Below, one piece after another: positions 1-9,983 of a stretch of DNA of 27,067 bases (position 1 is the stretch's first letter; every line of letters begins with the position of its first letter). The translations under genes were made by a program, and so were the position numbers. The DNA lies in contig JBEBSO010000001.1 of the NCBI GenBank assembly GCA_040394275.1, positions 1-27,067 on the forward strand, in the 5' to 3' direction. The notes beneath the pieces were generated by a model. That model saw only the letters and a program-made list of their open reading frames with translations, did no database searches and had not been told where the DNA came from. Source of the stretch: Telluribacter sp. GTDB lineage: Bacteria; Bacteroidota; Bacteroidia; Cytophagales; Spirosomataceae.

Positions 1-46
1 ATTAATTGAAGTATTTATATCCATAAAGCCTGTGGCCGGAGGCAGT

Positions 47-1606
47 CTACCTGTTGAGGCTGCTGATAAGGATGGACATGTTTTTGATATATTGTTCTGT
101 CGATATTGCGTTTTCGGGCACCGCGGCTTCGGTTTCTTTGCCGCCGGGTGACCGGTCAGGGCTCAGGTTGATCTTTTTCTGCGCAATCGGCCGCAGCGGA
201 CCGGGCCAGTATTTCCTATCGCGGAGGCTGCCGATCACCTCCGTTACCTCGCGGGCGGCGGGCGTTGCGCCCTTGGCGACGAAATATTTCTCCATCTTGC
301 CGGTCGATACGGATTTTAACGGGGACCGGGCCAGCAGCTCTGCGGCAGGCGTGGAAAGAAGCTGCTCATAGGCGGCCTTCAGCGCTTTCAGCCTGATCAC
401 CCTTACGGAGCTGTAGCTCTGCCCGGCTCCTGCCATGACGTCGGCCATTTCGTAGCCGCCGGTCCACAGGCTTTCTCCTTTCCGCCTGAAAAACAGCGCA
501 CGGTGGCTGTCCGGCTCGATAAAAGTGGGGCACAGGATATCACCTTCCTTCATGGATTTGCCCGATTGCGCCACCTGCGCGTCGGTAAGTTTGACGCTTT
601 CAAGAAAGACAAAGGCATCGGGAATCCTTTCCAGGAAACGTTTGTCGGCGGTATAGCTGTAATAGTTCAGCATCATTTCGATGGCTTTGGCGGTGCCCGC
701 GGAAGCAAGAGCAGCCGGCTCGAAGGGTCTTGCAGTGGCCAGCTTCAGCGTCCGGGGCTCATATTGCAGCCCCCATCCGGCGTTGGGAGATTCCTGCTGC
801 AGGAGGATCATACAATACATGCCGCGGTATATCGGGTCGAGAAGCCGCTGGTCACCGAGCGTCCGGTAGCACAAGACCAGGAAATCTATGATGCCCTGCA
901 TGGCGCCGTCATTGAGCGTGATGAAGGAGGAGTAATCGGGAAAGCCCATAAAAGAGTGCTCGTTTTTCAGGGGATACCTCTGGGGCCATCCCCCGATGGG
1001 GTACTGGCTTTCGATCACGAAGCCGATGGCTTTTTCCAGCGACGGCTTCAGGCGGGCATCGTACTTTTCGGTATAGATGCGCAGGAGATACTCGCAGCAG
1101 CGAATGGAGGCCATGTCGTCGAAGGTGGCGTTCCCGTAGTAGTGGAGGAATTCCTGTGCGGGCCAGTTGTACTGGCGAATGGCTTTGTACCAATCCGCCA
1201 GGGCGCTTTCACCGGCGAAATCAAAGCAGTAGTTCCATCCCCCGGAGGGCAGCTGGCCCCAGATCAGCGCATCGGCGACTTTCAGCGCCGCCTGGTAGTA
1301 GTATTCGTCCGAAGTGGCGTGGTAGGCATCCAGGAAGAGGTGTCCCATAGCGGGTGTTCCGCCTTTTCCCTGCGTCCAGGCCATGGTGCTGCGGGCTTCG
1401 ATTTCCCCCCACTGCCTGGACCTGTCCGGCAGGTATTCCCAGAGAAATCCTCCCTGATGGCTGACTTCTTCCACCATGAAGCGGGTGGCTTCTTTCATTG
1501 CTTCTCTGACCCGGCCGGGATCTGTTTTCTGGGGATACGCCTCTTCCGCCGTAAAAAGGAGGCTGATGACGCAAAGGAAAAGGGTGTTTCTGAATATCTT
1601 GTTCAT
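47..1606 (-). CDS. Pectate lyase, PL10 (PelA/Pel-15E-like), secreted
   Basis: 519-aa ORF with N-terminal signal peptide; PL10-type motifs SGGWNY, ATFDD, SQYPIGGWPQRYP, ITLNDGAM, WGLQY..TL..A.ARPFEP. Confidence 0.8.
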   Translation of the reverse strand: MNKIFRNTLFLCVISLLFTAEEAYPQKTDPGRVREAMKEATRFMVEEVSHQGGFLWEYLPDRSRQWGEIEARSTMAWTQGKGGTPAMGHLFLDAYHATSDEYYYQAALKVADALIWGQLPSGGWNYCFDFAGESALADWYKAIRQYNWPAQEFLHYYGNATFDDMASIRCCEYLLRIYTEKYDARLKPSLEKAIGFVIESQYPIGGWPQRYPLKNEHSFMGFPDYSSFITLNDGAMQGIIDFLVLCYRTLGDQRLLDPIYRGMYCMILLQQESPNAGWGLQYEPRTLKLATARPFEPAALASAGTAKAIEMMLNYYSYTADKRFLERIPDAFVFLESVKLTDAQVAQSGKSMKEGDILCPTFIEPDSHRALFFRRKGESLWTGGYEMADVMAGAGQSYSSVRVIRLKALKAAYEQLLSTPAAELLARSPLKSVSTGKMEKYFVAKGATPAAREVTEVIGSLRDRKYWPGPLRPIAQKKINLSPDRSPGGKETEAAVPENAISTEQYIKNMSILISSLNR

Positions 1607-1619
1607 GTCGGATCCGGTA

Positions 1620-3014
1620 TCAGTTGTATAAATGCTCTACCAGGCTGTTGAGGTACACTTCCAGGTTGGTGTAGTCTTTGCTGAGCGTACGGTGGTTGCG
1701 GTCGACGGGGGAGTCGGGGTTCAGCTTATGGCGTATTTCCCATTCATCCGGCATTCCGTCCTGGTCGCGGTCGGGCAGCGCTTTGCCGCTTTTCAGCTCG
1801 GGCCACCCCCCGACTTCGTTCTGCGAATCGATCAGCCGGTTGGTGCCGTCCTTCACGCCGGCCGCGATCCGGAGGTCTACCTGGTCCCTGACGAGGGAAG
1901 CGCCTGCTTTTTTCAATACCTTTTCATAGGTGACGGCAGGAGTGTCAGTCCGGGGCACATCCTTCCCGGTGGCGAAGGGCTGCTTCCATTCGAATTGCGC
2001 CCGGGTGGTGCTGGTGTAATTTCCCCCGTAAGCGCCGTAATCGAGTGCCGTGTAGTTGTCGGTATTGTATTCGGCGGGCGCGCCCAGGAAGACATTTCCG
2101 CGGAGATAGCCCCTTGAAGCGTGGGCCCGCGGCGATTTCATGCGCAGGGGCTTGTTGCGCGCATAGCTGGTGCTGGCACCGGGCTTGTAATAATTATTGA
2201 TAAAGTTGATCCGGGTTTCACCGAAGTTGGTGCCGCTGTCCCAGTTATACACCACGTTGTTCCTGAAATCGACGATGGCGGTCGTGTCGCAGCGAATGCC
2301 TACCCCCAGCGTGGGATGCCTGTTGCGGCCGCTGGCCATCAGGTTGTGATGCAGTGAAATATTGCCCCTGATGTGGCTGTAGGAGGAGAGCATCGCGTGG
2401 GGCTGTTTCTTTTCATGCGTGCTCCGGTTCAGGGCCTCGGCGATCAGCGACCACTGCACCGTAAACCGGGCCCCGTCCCTGAAATCATGGATACAGTCCA
2501 CCGCCCAGCTCATCGAGACATGATCCAGGATGAAATCGTCTACATAATTGGTAGACAGGGCGTCCCCGGACTGCCTGGTTTCGTCGCCGTACCTGAACCG
2601 GATGAACCGGATGATGACGTCGTGCACGCTGGCCTCCTCCTTACCGGCGATCCGGAAAGAGTAGTTTTTCAGGGTAATCCCGTCACCGGGGGCGGTTTGC
2701 CCGGCGATGGTCAGATTAGAGCCCGAAGTCCGGAGCTCGGATTTGAGCGGGATGGTGCCCGACAGGTCAAAAACAATGGTCCGGGGGCCCTCCTGGGTCA
2801 GGAGGCCGTAACGGAGAGACCCCGGAACCGGCTGATCTGTTTTCGGATCATAATCCAGCAGGTTGGTCACATGGTAGACATCTCCGCCCCGTCCCCCTTT
2901 GGAGAAGCGGCCGTAGCCCTCGGCGTGCGGAAAGGCAAGCGGCTGTGCGTGCAGCGCGGCTCCGGAAAGGAGGAGAAGCAGGAGCTTCAGAAAAGGCAGT
3001 TTTTTCGAAATCAT
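1620..3014 (-). CDS. Pectate lyase, PL1 family (parallel beta-helix), secreted
   Basis: AFPHAEGYGRFSKGGRGG..YHVTNL, GSLRYG, IAGQTAPGDGI, ILDHVSMSW, RNRHP and C-terminal DRDQDGMPDEWE motifs. Start placed at ATG 3014 (MISKKLPFLKLLLLLLSGAALHAQ signal peptide) rather than the ORF start at 3059. Confidence 0.88.
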   Translation of the reverse strand: MISKKLPFLKLLLLLLSGAALHAQPLAFPHAEGYGRFSKGGRGGDVYHVTNLLDYDPKTDQPVPGSLRYGLLTQEGPRTIVFDLSGTIPLKSELRTSGSNLTIAGQTAPGDGITLKNYSFRIAGKEEASVHDVIIRFIRFRYGDETRQSGDALSTNYVDDFILDHVSMSWAVDCIHDFRDGARFTVQWSLIAEALNRSTHEKKQPHAMLSSYSHIRGNISLHHNLMASGRNRHPTLGVGIRCDTTAIVDFRNNVVYNWDSGTNFGETRINFINNYYKPGASTSYARNKPLRMKSPRAHASRGYLRGNVFLGAPAEYNTDNYTALDYGAYGGNYTSTTRAQFEWKQPFATGKDVPRTDTPAVTYEKVLKKAGASLVRDQVDLRIAAGVKDGTNRLIDSQNEVGGWPELKSGKALPDRDQDGMPDEWEIRHKLNPDSPVDRNHRTLSKDYTNLEVYLNSLVEHLYN

Positions 3015-3055
3015 TATCGGTTTTCTTTTTGGGTAATCAATTCGGTGGCGCCGGG

Positions 3056-4717
3056 TCACTTGATCCAGCGGGGATCTCCTATGATCCGGGAATACACCGG
3101 CGAATCCTTCAGCTTAATGGTAAAGTCATTCTGATCCGGTTTGGCCATGAGGTCCGCGGCGCTGACACCCGTGAGTATCGTTGGATTGATGCTGTTGGAG
3201 GCAGCCGTAAACCCTGCAGTGGCATAGTTAAAAGTAGCCTGGACCGTTCCCGAGGAAGTTTTGACCATGGTAGATTCGAAGGAAGACGCAAACAGGCAGT
3301 TCTGTATGGTCAGCGTTGCCTGCGCCGCAGAAAGGTCAAGAAAAGACTCCTTCGGCGCCTGGCTGTTGTAGAACGTGCAGTTGGCGATCGTCATCCTGAC
3401 CGGCGTATTGATCTTGTTTACATTGGCCACGATTCCCTTGCCGTTCGGCATGTTGGCAAAGGTGGAATTGGTGATCGTCACATCCGAAAGGAAGTTGTTC
3501 GTGTTTTTGTTGCCGTGCAGGATACCGTAGCCGTCGGCGACGGGGCTTGTAAACACGCAGTTGTCGATCAGGATTTTGCCCACGGTCGCCGGCGTGGCGT
3601 CGTCCTGGTTGCAGGAGATGATGGCGCGGACCAGGTTGGTGAAGCGGCAGTTCACCAGTGAGACGGAAGGCACGCTTGTAGAGGCATTGATGTTGAAAAG
3701 GTACGGCTTAAAGGTAGAAGTACCTGCCACCGGGAGTCCTTCAAAGTCGATGCCTTCGTAGCGGATCGGCTGGGTGAGCTGTCCCTGCAGCTTCCAGTCG
3801 CTGGTGATGTAAACCCTGGGCCGCGTCCCCGAGGAAGAGCCGACCAGGTTGAAGGACTTCGTAAACGTGATCCCCCGTCCGCCGGTGGGCTGGTCGAAGG
3901 TCGTCGCGCCGCTGGCAAAGTTGGCAAAGTAGTATACGCCGCCGGAAGGCAGGTAGAAGGTCGCGCCGTCGGGAACGTCGGCGTTGTTGTTGGCGTCGGT
4001 CAGCAGCTGCGCCAGGTTGTCTTTCGGTCCCACGGCAATGGCTCCTGAAGGCAGCCCGGAGGTCTGAAAGTATACCGCGTTGTAGGGCCTGTCGATCACC
4101 GAAGGATTTTTCGAATTGAAGATCACCACCTGGTATTTCAGGTTGGGTGTCAGGTTCTTGAATTCGTAATACCCGTTTGTAATGTCGGTGGCAGACAACC
4201 TGATCCCGATATCGGCCTGTGTGGGATGCGCTTCTGCGGCGGACAGGTGCAGGCTGTCGACCACGTATCCTTTGTCCCACCGGACGCGTACGGAATTGTC
4301 GCTCACCTCCATCCGGTCAACCGGCTGGAGTACCAGCGCGACGACGCGGCGGTCCACGGTCTGCTCGGGCGCGATTTTCCATCCCGACTCCAGGGAGCCG
4401 TCTGCCGAATTCGCCCGTATGCGGGCCTGGTATTTCTGCTCGTAGTTCAGTCCCTCGATTTTGAGCTTCGTCGCTTCTGTTTCGACGGAACGCAGGATGG
4501 TGCGGAACGTATCCACGCTGATCTCGAACGTATAGGATCTGGCACCTTTGATCCCGTACCATACATAGTCAATCGTATTGCCGGTAACGACAATCTGGTT
4601 TTCCAGGAAAAGCGGCCTGAAGATGCCCGGGACTTCTTCAACGGCCGGGGGCTTGCACGAGAAACAGAGGCCCAGTAGGAACAGGGCGATATATGCGTGC
4701 CGGGTTTTTGCTTTCAT
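3056..4717 (-). CDS. Surface lipoprotein with FN3 domain and C-terminal beta-helix (DUF4957/DUF5123-like; candidate surface glycan-binding protein)
   Basis: Lipobox LGLCFSC after ATG 4717; FN3-like segment (W..IKGA.SY..EIS...GLNYEQKYQARIRA); repetitive 'I.NCTF' beta-helix pattern; ends IGDPRW; lies directly downstream of susD. Confidence 0.7.
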   Translation of the reverse strand: MKAKTRHAYIALFLLGLCFSCKPPAVEEVPGIFRPLFLENQIVVTGNTIDYVWYGIKGARSYTFEISVDTFRTILRSVETEATKLKIEGLNYEQKYQARIRANSADGSLESGWKIAPEQTVDRRVVALVLQPVDRMEVSDNSVRVRWDKGYVVDSLHLSAAEAHPTQADIGIRLSATDITNGYYEFKNLTPNLKYQVVIFNSKNPSVIDRPYNAVYFQTSGLPSGAIAVGPKDNLAQLLTDANNNADVPDGATFYLPSGGVYYFANFASGATTFDQPTGGRGITFTKSFNLVGSSSGTRPRVYITSDWKLQGQLTQPIRYEGIDFEGLPVAGTSTFKPYLFNINASTSVPSVSLVNCRFTNLVRAIISCNQDDATPATVGKILIDNCVFTSPVADGYGILHGNKNTNNFLSDVTITNSTFANMPNGKGIVANVNKINTPVRMTIANCTFYNSQAPKESFLDLSAAQATLTIQNCLFASSFESTMVKTSSGTVQATFNYATAGFTAASNSINPTILTGVSAADLMAKPDQNDFTIKLKDSPVYSRIIGDPRWIK

Positions 4718-4754
4718 GATCATCAGAAGTATTAGGTTGGTCAGGCTTGTCAGG

Positions 4755-6656
4755 TTATTCAAATCCATAATAATTCTTCAGCTTCCCGTTGTAGGAGTTG
4801 ATCACCTTATACGGAATGGGCAAAAGATAGCGCACGGGGTCGCGGTCGGGGTTGACCGTATTCTGGTTGGACGGGTTGATGTACCCCCTGAAGGAGTAGA
4901 GGATATTGTTGTTGGGGGTGCCGGACGAGGCGCTCCACAACGAAGTAAGAAAATCCTTCGAAGAGTAGGCTTTCCCGTTATTGTCGAGCGGGGCGGTATC
5001 CAGGTATTCGTCCAGGCCTTTGATGACGAGCAGGGACTTGCTCGGATCCTGGCTGTTGGTGTTGGGCACCGATGTGAAATACAGCTTGCCGGCTATATTG
5101 GGCAGTCTTCCCGAGCCCGCGCCTTGTACGGTTTTCCCCATTTCGATCAGGTCGAAGTAGAGCCCGTGTATGATTTTACCGTACAGGTTCCACCGGGCAA
5201 GGTCATGCTGGCGGATCATTTCCAGCCCGAATTCGAGCCTTCTTTCTTTGACCAGGGCCTCGAAAAAGGCATCCCCGGATGCAAGCCCGTCTACGTAGAG
5301 GTCCACTTTTTCAGGCCAGAGATCTTCTGAAAAAGCCCTGCGGCGCACCGTCTTGAAAGCCTCTTTCGCCGGCCCGTCGGGCCCGCCGTTCAGCTCGTTG
5401 ACGGCTTCGGCATACATCAGCAGCACGTCTGCATAGCGCATATAAGGAAAGTTGATCCCGATGGATTTTCCGCCTCCGTCCTTCCCGATCGGGTTGTCCA
5501 TATAGAGAATGGACCATTTGGCCGTATACAGCTTGAATGCATTGGCGTCAAATACCTGGTTGAGGTCGGCATCGTATTTGTAAAGCGCGCAGCTTACCTC
5601 CCGGCGCTTGTCCTCCTTGTCGAAGGCGAGCACGTAGGTGCCGATCATGTTGGTGCTTCCCGTTCCCTTGCCGTAGGGATGGTTGCCGGCCGTAACGGGA
5701 AAACCCAGCGACGACCCGACTTCCCCGCTGTAGCCGGTGAGGTTGGCGATCTCGAAGATCATGTCGTCGTTGCGGTTGATGATGTAATTGCACATATCCC
5801 GGAACACTTTCTTGTAAGGAAGGTTCAGGCTGTGCCTCCCGGACTGGATCACTTTTTCTGCGTAGGTTTTCGCGATTTCGTAATACGCCCGGTAATCGGG
5901 GTTGCGCTTCATGGTGCCGATGTTTGCCGGGTTATTGAGGTCCGGCCGGAGGCTCCAGCCGCCCCGGGTGAGCGCAATCCGCGCGATAAGCGCCTGGCAG
6001 AATTCACGCGATACCCGTTCCGTTCCTTCCGGCAGCTCCGCGGCCCATTTCATATAGGGCTCCACCGAGATCAGGTCATCGATGACGGTAGTGAGGATGG
6101 TATCCCGGTCCGTGGCGGGCAGGTAGAGGTCTTCGTCCGACCTGGAGGAAGTCATGCGGAAGGGGACATCGCCCCAGTTGCGCACGAGCTCGAGGTAAAT
6201 CATTCCCCTGAGCGTCTTCACTTCCCCGTAAAGCTGGGAGATGTTGGTGATCTCCGTCTTGCCTGAATTGTTAAAGACAGGGCTTTTTTCAATGATTTCC
6301 ACCACATCGTTGGCCCGGTTGATGGCGACGTAGATCTTGCTCCAGGTATTGATGGTATTGGCGGAGTAGCTTGTGGATTCGAAGCAATTGTAATCGCTTC
6401 CGTCGTTTTTCGGAACGGCCGTGGAGGTAGAGGTAAACTCTACGTCCGTGTTCCGGTTCAGGTCGTTGTAGAATTTGGCTTTGGTAAAATTGAGCATGCT
6501 TTCGTAGACGCCCGAAACGGCCCTGTTGATTTCCTGCTCGGACTGGCCGATGTATTCGTCGGTAAATACGGAGGGAGAATCGGACTCCAGGAAATTTTCG
6601 CAGGAGAAAAGACCCGAGATAAGAAGCAGCCCGGTATAGATGATGTTACGGCTCAT
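4755..6656 (-). CDS. susD: SusD/RagB family nutrient-binding lipoprotein
   Basis: Lipobox LFSC; W..IY.AINRAN..., GE..TLRG..YLELVRNWGDVP, MRYADVLLMYAEA.NE and ERRLEF..E..R..DL.RW motifs; adjacent to susC. Confidence 0.93.
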   Translation of the reverse strand: MSRNIIYTGLLLISGLFSCENFLESDSPSVFTDEYIGQSEQEINRAVSGVYESMLNFTKAKFYNDLNRNTDVEFTSTSTAVPKNDGSDYNCFESTSYSANTINTWSKIYVAINRANDVVEIIEKSPVFNNSGKTEITNISQLYGEVKTLRGMIYLELVRNWGDVPFRMTSSRSDEDLYLPATDRDTILTTVIDDLISVEPYMKWAAELPEGTERVSREFCQALIARIALTRGGWSLRPDLNNPANIGTMKRNPDYRAYYEIAKTYAEKVIQSGRHSLNLPYKKVFRDMCNYIINRNDDMIFEIANLTGYSGEVGSSLGFPVTAGNHPYGKGTGSTNMIGTYVLAFDKEDKRREVSCALYKYDADLNQVFDANAFKLYTAKWSILYMDNPIGKDGGGKSIGINFPYMRYADVLLMYAEAVNELNGGPDGPAKEAFKTVRRRAFSEDLWPEKVDLYVDGLASGDAFFEALVKERRLEFGLEMIRQHDLARWNLYGKIIHGLYFDLIEMGKTVQGAGSGRLPNIAGKLYFTSVPNTNSQDPSKSLLVIKGLDEYLDTAPLDNNGKAYSSKDFLTSLWSASSGTPNNNILYSFRGYINPSNQNTVNPDRDPVRYLLPIPYKVINSYNGKLKNYYGFE

Positions 6657-6676
6657 GGTTATCCTGGTTAAAAGCT

Positions 6677-9600
6677 TTAGAAAGTGATGTTGAGCCCGGC
6701 GGTCAGCGAGCGGTTCCGGGGGTACTTGTTGTTGTCCATGCCCGGGAAAAGGCCTTTCTGGACATTTACCTCCGGATCATAGCCGGAATACCTGGTCCAC
6801 AGCCACAGGTTGTAGCCGGTCAGGTAGAAGCGCAGCCTGCTCATACCCGCTTTTTCGGAGATCCGGCGGGGAATCGTATACCCGAGGGAAATCGTATTCA
6901 GGCGCAGGAAGGAGCCGTCTTCGACCACATAGTCCATCACGACCGGTTTGGTCAGGGAAAGCGGGCTCCATACCGAAGCATTTTTGTTGAGCTCGGTCAA
7001 GGCTTCGGGCTGGTTGAGCAGGTTATTGCCCTGGTCGTCTACATACCGGAAGCGTTTGTCCATGTTCATCTCGGCCGACAGGTTCTGGAGGTTGTTGCGC
7101 CAGAAGGAGGTCAGATGGATCTTATTTACATTATAGACATCAAACCCGTACATGAAATTGAAGAACGCCATGAAGTCGAAGGCCCGCCAGGTGGAGTTGA
7201 CGCCGAATCCTCCCGAAAACTTCGGGTTGGTATCGCCGATGATCCTCCGGTCCAGGTTGGTGATGATGTAGGAGTTCGGGTCTCCCTCGACGGCAGGCGT
7301 CAGCTTTTTGAATTTGGCGTTCCCGGGCCTGGGCTTCCCGGACAGCAGCGAGCAGTCGACCACCCCCGGCTTGAGCACGTATTTCCCGTTGATGAAGTCG
7401 AAGTCGTCGACCTGGTAGAACCCGTCGTTGACATAGCCCATGATAAGCCCCATGGTTTTCCCGACCTGCAGCCGGTAGTCGTCGAGGCTGATGAGCTCCC
7501 CGCTGAATCCCGACTCCATGTACCAGATGTCTTCTCCGCTGGCCAGCTTGTCCACCCGGCTCTTGTTGTAGCCGATGTTGAAGTTGAGATCCAGGCTGAA
7601 GTCGCGCTTCTCGATAAGGTAGGCGTTGAGGGCCAGCTCCAGGCCCCGGTTGGAGGTTTGCCCGATGTTGGTCTGCTGCTCCTCGAAACCGGACGTATTC
7701 GGGATTTTGGAGGGCACGAGCAGGTCTTTGGTCGTGTTCCAGTAAGCGTCGAAAGTACCCTGTACCCGCTCTTTAAACAACCCGAAGTCCAGCCCGAAAT
7801 TCCGGGAATAGGTAGTTTCCCATTTCAGGTCGGGATTGGGGAGGTACCTGGAGCTCTGGTAGTAGTAGCTGTTGGATTGTTCCAGGAAGCCGTAGGTGTC
7901 GTAGGCGTTGATGGAATAGGTTTTTCGCCAGAGGTTGGCCGCGATGCGGTTGTTGCCGGCGGTACCGTAGCTCAGCCGCATCTTGAGGTTGGAGATAGCG
8001 GACTGGTTTTTCAGGAATTCCTCGTCGGAAAGCCGCCAGGCCACTGCCGCGGCGGGAAAGTAGCCCCATCTTTTGCCCGGGGCAAAGATGTTGGACCCGT
8101 CCGCCCGCATGGTGAACGTCAGGAAATATTTTTTCTGAAAGTCGTAGTTGGCCCGTCCGAAGAAAGAAAAGGAGGAAACATTGTATTTCATCCCCGACAT
8201 CGTGGAGGAAGTGGCGAAGGGCGTGCCGAGCTGCAGGTTGGCCAGGGCCTTTTCTACGGTGATGTCCTTCGGGAAAAAGCGGGCGCTGGCAAAGTTGGAC
8301 TGGGATCTGTCTCCCATCATTTCATGTCCTGCCACGACATTGAGCCCGTGATCGACCCGGAAATTTTGCACGTAGGTGAATACATTCCTGAAGGCATAGT
8401 TGCTCCCGGAGGCCCGGGATACTTCGGTGACCGGCAGCCCGTTGTTGCCGATGTCATTGGCTTTGCCCGATAGCGGGCCGTAGAAGCGGTCGTCGTTGTC
8501 GCGCGCATCCTCATAGGCGAGCTCGACCCGGTAGGAAAGCGGGCGGCTGATCTGCCAGTTGAGGGCGGCGGAGTTGACAAGCCCTGTTGCAGTCCGTTTT
8601 CTCCAGTTTTGCTGGGCGTCTTCCGAAGGCTTGTACAGCTGGTATTTTTCGAGCTCCTCATCGTAAACCTCGTCGTCTCCGGGTACATAGGTAAAATCGC
8701 CGAGGCCCATGGTCGGCCGGTATTCCAGCGCATTGAGCACATTGACGCCGTCGGTCCCGCGCCCCATCGTGATGCCCCTCTGGTAACGGGTGTTGTATTC
8801 GAGCCTTACCGTCCGGGACAGGTTGCTCGACAGCTTGAAATTAAAGTTGGTTTTATTGAAGCCGGAGCCGACGAGCTGCCCGGGCGTGTCGCTGTGCGTG
8901 AAGCTGAAGTTGTACACTGTCTTTTCGTTGCCGCCCGAAATGGTGGCATTGTAAAAGCCGGCGATGGTGGGTTTGCCGAGAATGTCGTCCTGCCAGTCGT
9001 GTCCCTTTTCGTTTTTATAAAGGGGATAGTCGCCGGGATCGCCGAAGTTTTTCGGGATGTTGACCGGGATGGAGGTATCCAGCAATTCCTTTTCGTACTG
9101 CAGCATGACAAACTCGTAGGGATTCATCAGGTGGAGCTTCCTGGCGAGCGTGGCCCGTTGGGAATAGGTATTCAGCGACACTGTCGTTCTTCCCTTTTTC
9201 CCGGATTTGGTGGTGATGATCACCACGCCGTTTGCGCCCCGTGCGCCGTAGATGGCCGTTGCCGCGGCATCTTTGAGGATGTCGATGCTCTCGATGTCGG
9301 TGGGCGGCACGGCATTCAGGCCGCCGATCTGGAAGCCGTCGACGATAAATAGCGGGGAGTTGTCCTGCGTAATGGAGCCTCCGCCCCTGACCCGGATCAG
9401 GATTTCGGGATCCGGCGATCCGTCCGTGGCGGTGACCTGCACGCCCGGCATACGGCCTACCATGGCCTGACCTACGGAGCTGACCGGTACTTTTTCGATG
9501 GTTTTGGCCGAAATGGATGCTACCGAGCCGGTCAGGTCCTTACGTCGCTGCGTACCGTACCCGATCACCACGGTTTCTTCCAGGATGCTGTCCGAGGGCT

Positions 9601-9883
9601 TCAGCTCGATGCGGATGCCGGAAGTTTTCCCTTTCAGGGCATATTCGGATTTCTCCATGCCGATAAAGCTGATCGTAAGCACGGCGGATTGCGGATCCGG
9701 CACCTGCAGGGTAAATTTTCCTTCGGTATCGGTGATCGTCCCGCTGGCGGAGCCGTTGAGGAGTACTGTTGCCCCGATGACCGCCCCCCCGCTGTCAGTC
9801 ACGTCGCCGGTGACGACGGTTTGTGCAGTCACAGTTCCTGCGCACAGCAGGAGGTGGAACGCAATGCATAAAAGTGTTCTCAT
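6677..9883 (-). CDS. susC: SusC/RagA family TonB-dependent transporter (no N-terminal signalling extension)
   Basis: CarboxypepD-like N-terminus, VVIGYGT, DIESIDILKDAAATAIYGARGANGVVIITTK plug motif, NPDLKWET, YSGYDPEV and C-terminal GLNITF. Confidence 0.95.
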   Translation of the reverse strand: MRTLLCIAFHLLLCAGTVTAQTVVTGDVTDSGGAVIGATVLLNGSASGTITDTEGKFTLQVPDPQSAVLTISFIGMEKSEYALKGKTSGIRIELKPSDSILEETVVIGYGTQRRKDLTGSVASISAKTIEKVPVSSVGQAMVGRMPGVQVTATDGSPDPEILIRVRGGGSITQDNSPLFIVDGFQIGGLNAVPPTDIESIDILKDAAATAIYGARGANGVVIITTKSGKKGRTTVSLNTYSQRATLARKLHLMNPYEFVMLQYEKELLDTSIPVNIPKNFGDPGDYPLYKNEKGHDWQDDILGKPTIAGFYNATISGGNEKTVYNFSFTHSDTPGQLVGSGFNKTNFNFKLSSNLSRTVRLEYNTRYQRGITMGRGTDGVNVLNALEYRPTMGLGDFTYVPGDDEVYDEELEKYQLYKPSEDAQQNWRKRTATGLVNSAALNWQISRPLSYRVELAYEDARDNDDRFYGPLSGKANDIGNNGLPVTEVSRASGSNYAFRNVFTYVQNFRVDHGLNVVAGHEMMGDRSQSNFASARFFPKDITVEKALANLQLGTPFATSSTMSGMKYNVSSFSFFGRANYDFQKKYFLTFTMRADGSNIFAPGKRWGYFPAAAVAWRLSDEEFLKNQSAISNLKMRLSYGTAGNNRIAANLWRKTYSINAYDTYGFLEQSNSYYYQSSRYLPNPDLKWETTYSRNFGLDFGLFKERVQGTFDAYWNTTKDLLVPSKIPNTSGFEEQQTNIGQTSNRGLELALNAYLIEKRDFSLDLNFNIGYNKSRVDKLASGEDIWYMESGFSGELISLDDYRLQVGKTMGLIMGYVNDGFYQVDDFDFINGKYVLKPGVVDCSLLSGKPRPGNAKFKKLTPAVEGDPNSYIITNLDRRIIGDTNPKFSGGFGVNSTWRAFDFMAFFNFMYGFDVYNVNKIHLTSFWRNNLQNLSAEMNMDKRFRYVDDQGNNLLNQPEALTELNKNASVWSPLSLTKPVVMDYVVEDGSFLRLNTISLGYTIPRRISEKAGMSRLRFYLTGYNLWLWTRYSGYDPEVNVQKGLFPGMDNNKYPRNRSLTAGLNITF

Positions 9884-9932
9884 CGCATTTTGATTAATAG
9901 TTATAAGGGTTGGGTAATCATTTTATTTTTGC

Positions 9933-9972
9933 TTCATTTTCTTTATGCAATCGATTGCATAAAGAAAATGAA
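9933..9972. promoter_or_regulatory. LacI-type operator within a perfect 40-bp palindrome
   Basis: TTCATTTTCTTTATGCAATC|GATTGCATAAAGAAAATGAA is a perfect inverted repeat with no spacer; core TGCAATCGATTGCA has the LacI-family central CG; lies between the lacI stop and the susC start. Confidence 0.75.
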
Positions 9973-9983
9973 AAAGAATTTTT

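Noticed and set aside
503-1651. Long opposite-strand ORFs (e.g. 503-1651, 7115-8473, 14221-15666, 15736-17004, 17104-18732)
   Set aside because: They lie antisense to well-supported genes, show no recognisable motifs, and are expected shadows of GC-rich codon usage
3015-3059. Longer N-termini in the ORF track (3059, 4768, 22518, 23412, 26555)
   Set aside because: Downstream ATGs give proper signal peptides or family N-termini and remove overlaps with neighbouring genes or promoters
9924-9931. Plus-strand TATTTTTG (-7 match) pointing into the palindrome and the lacI 3' end
   Set aside because: No -33 element at proper spacing, and such a match can arise by chance in this very AT-rich gap
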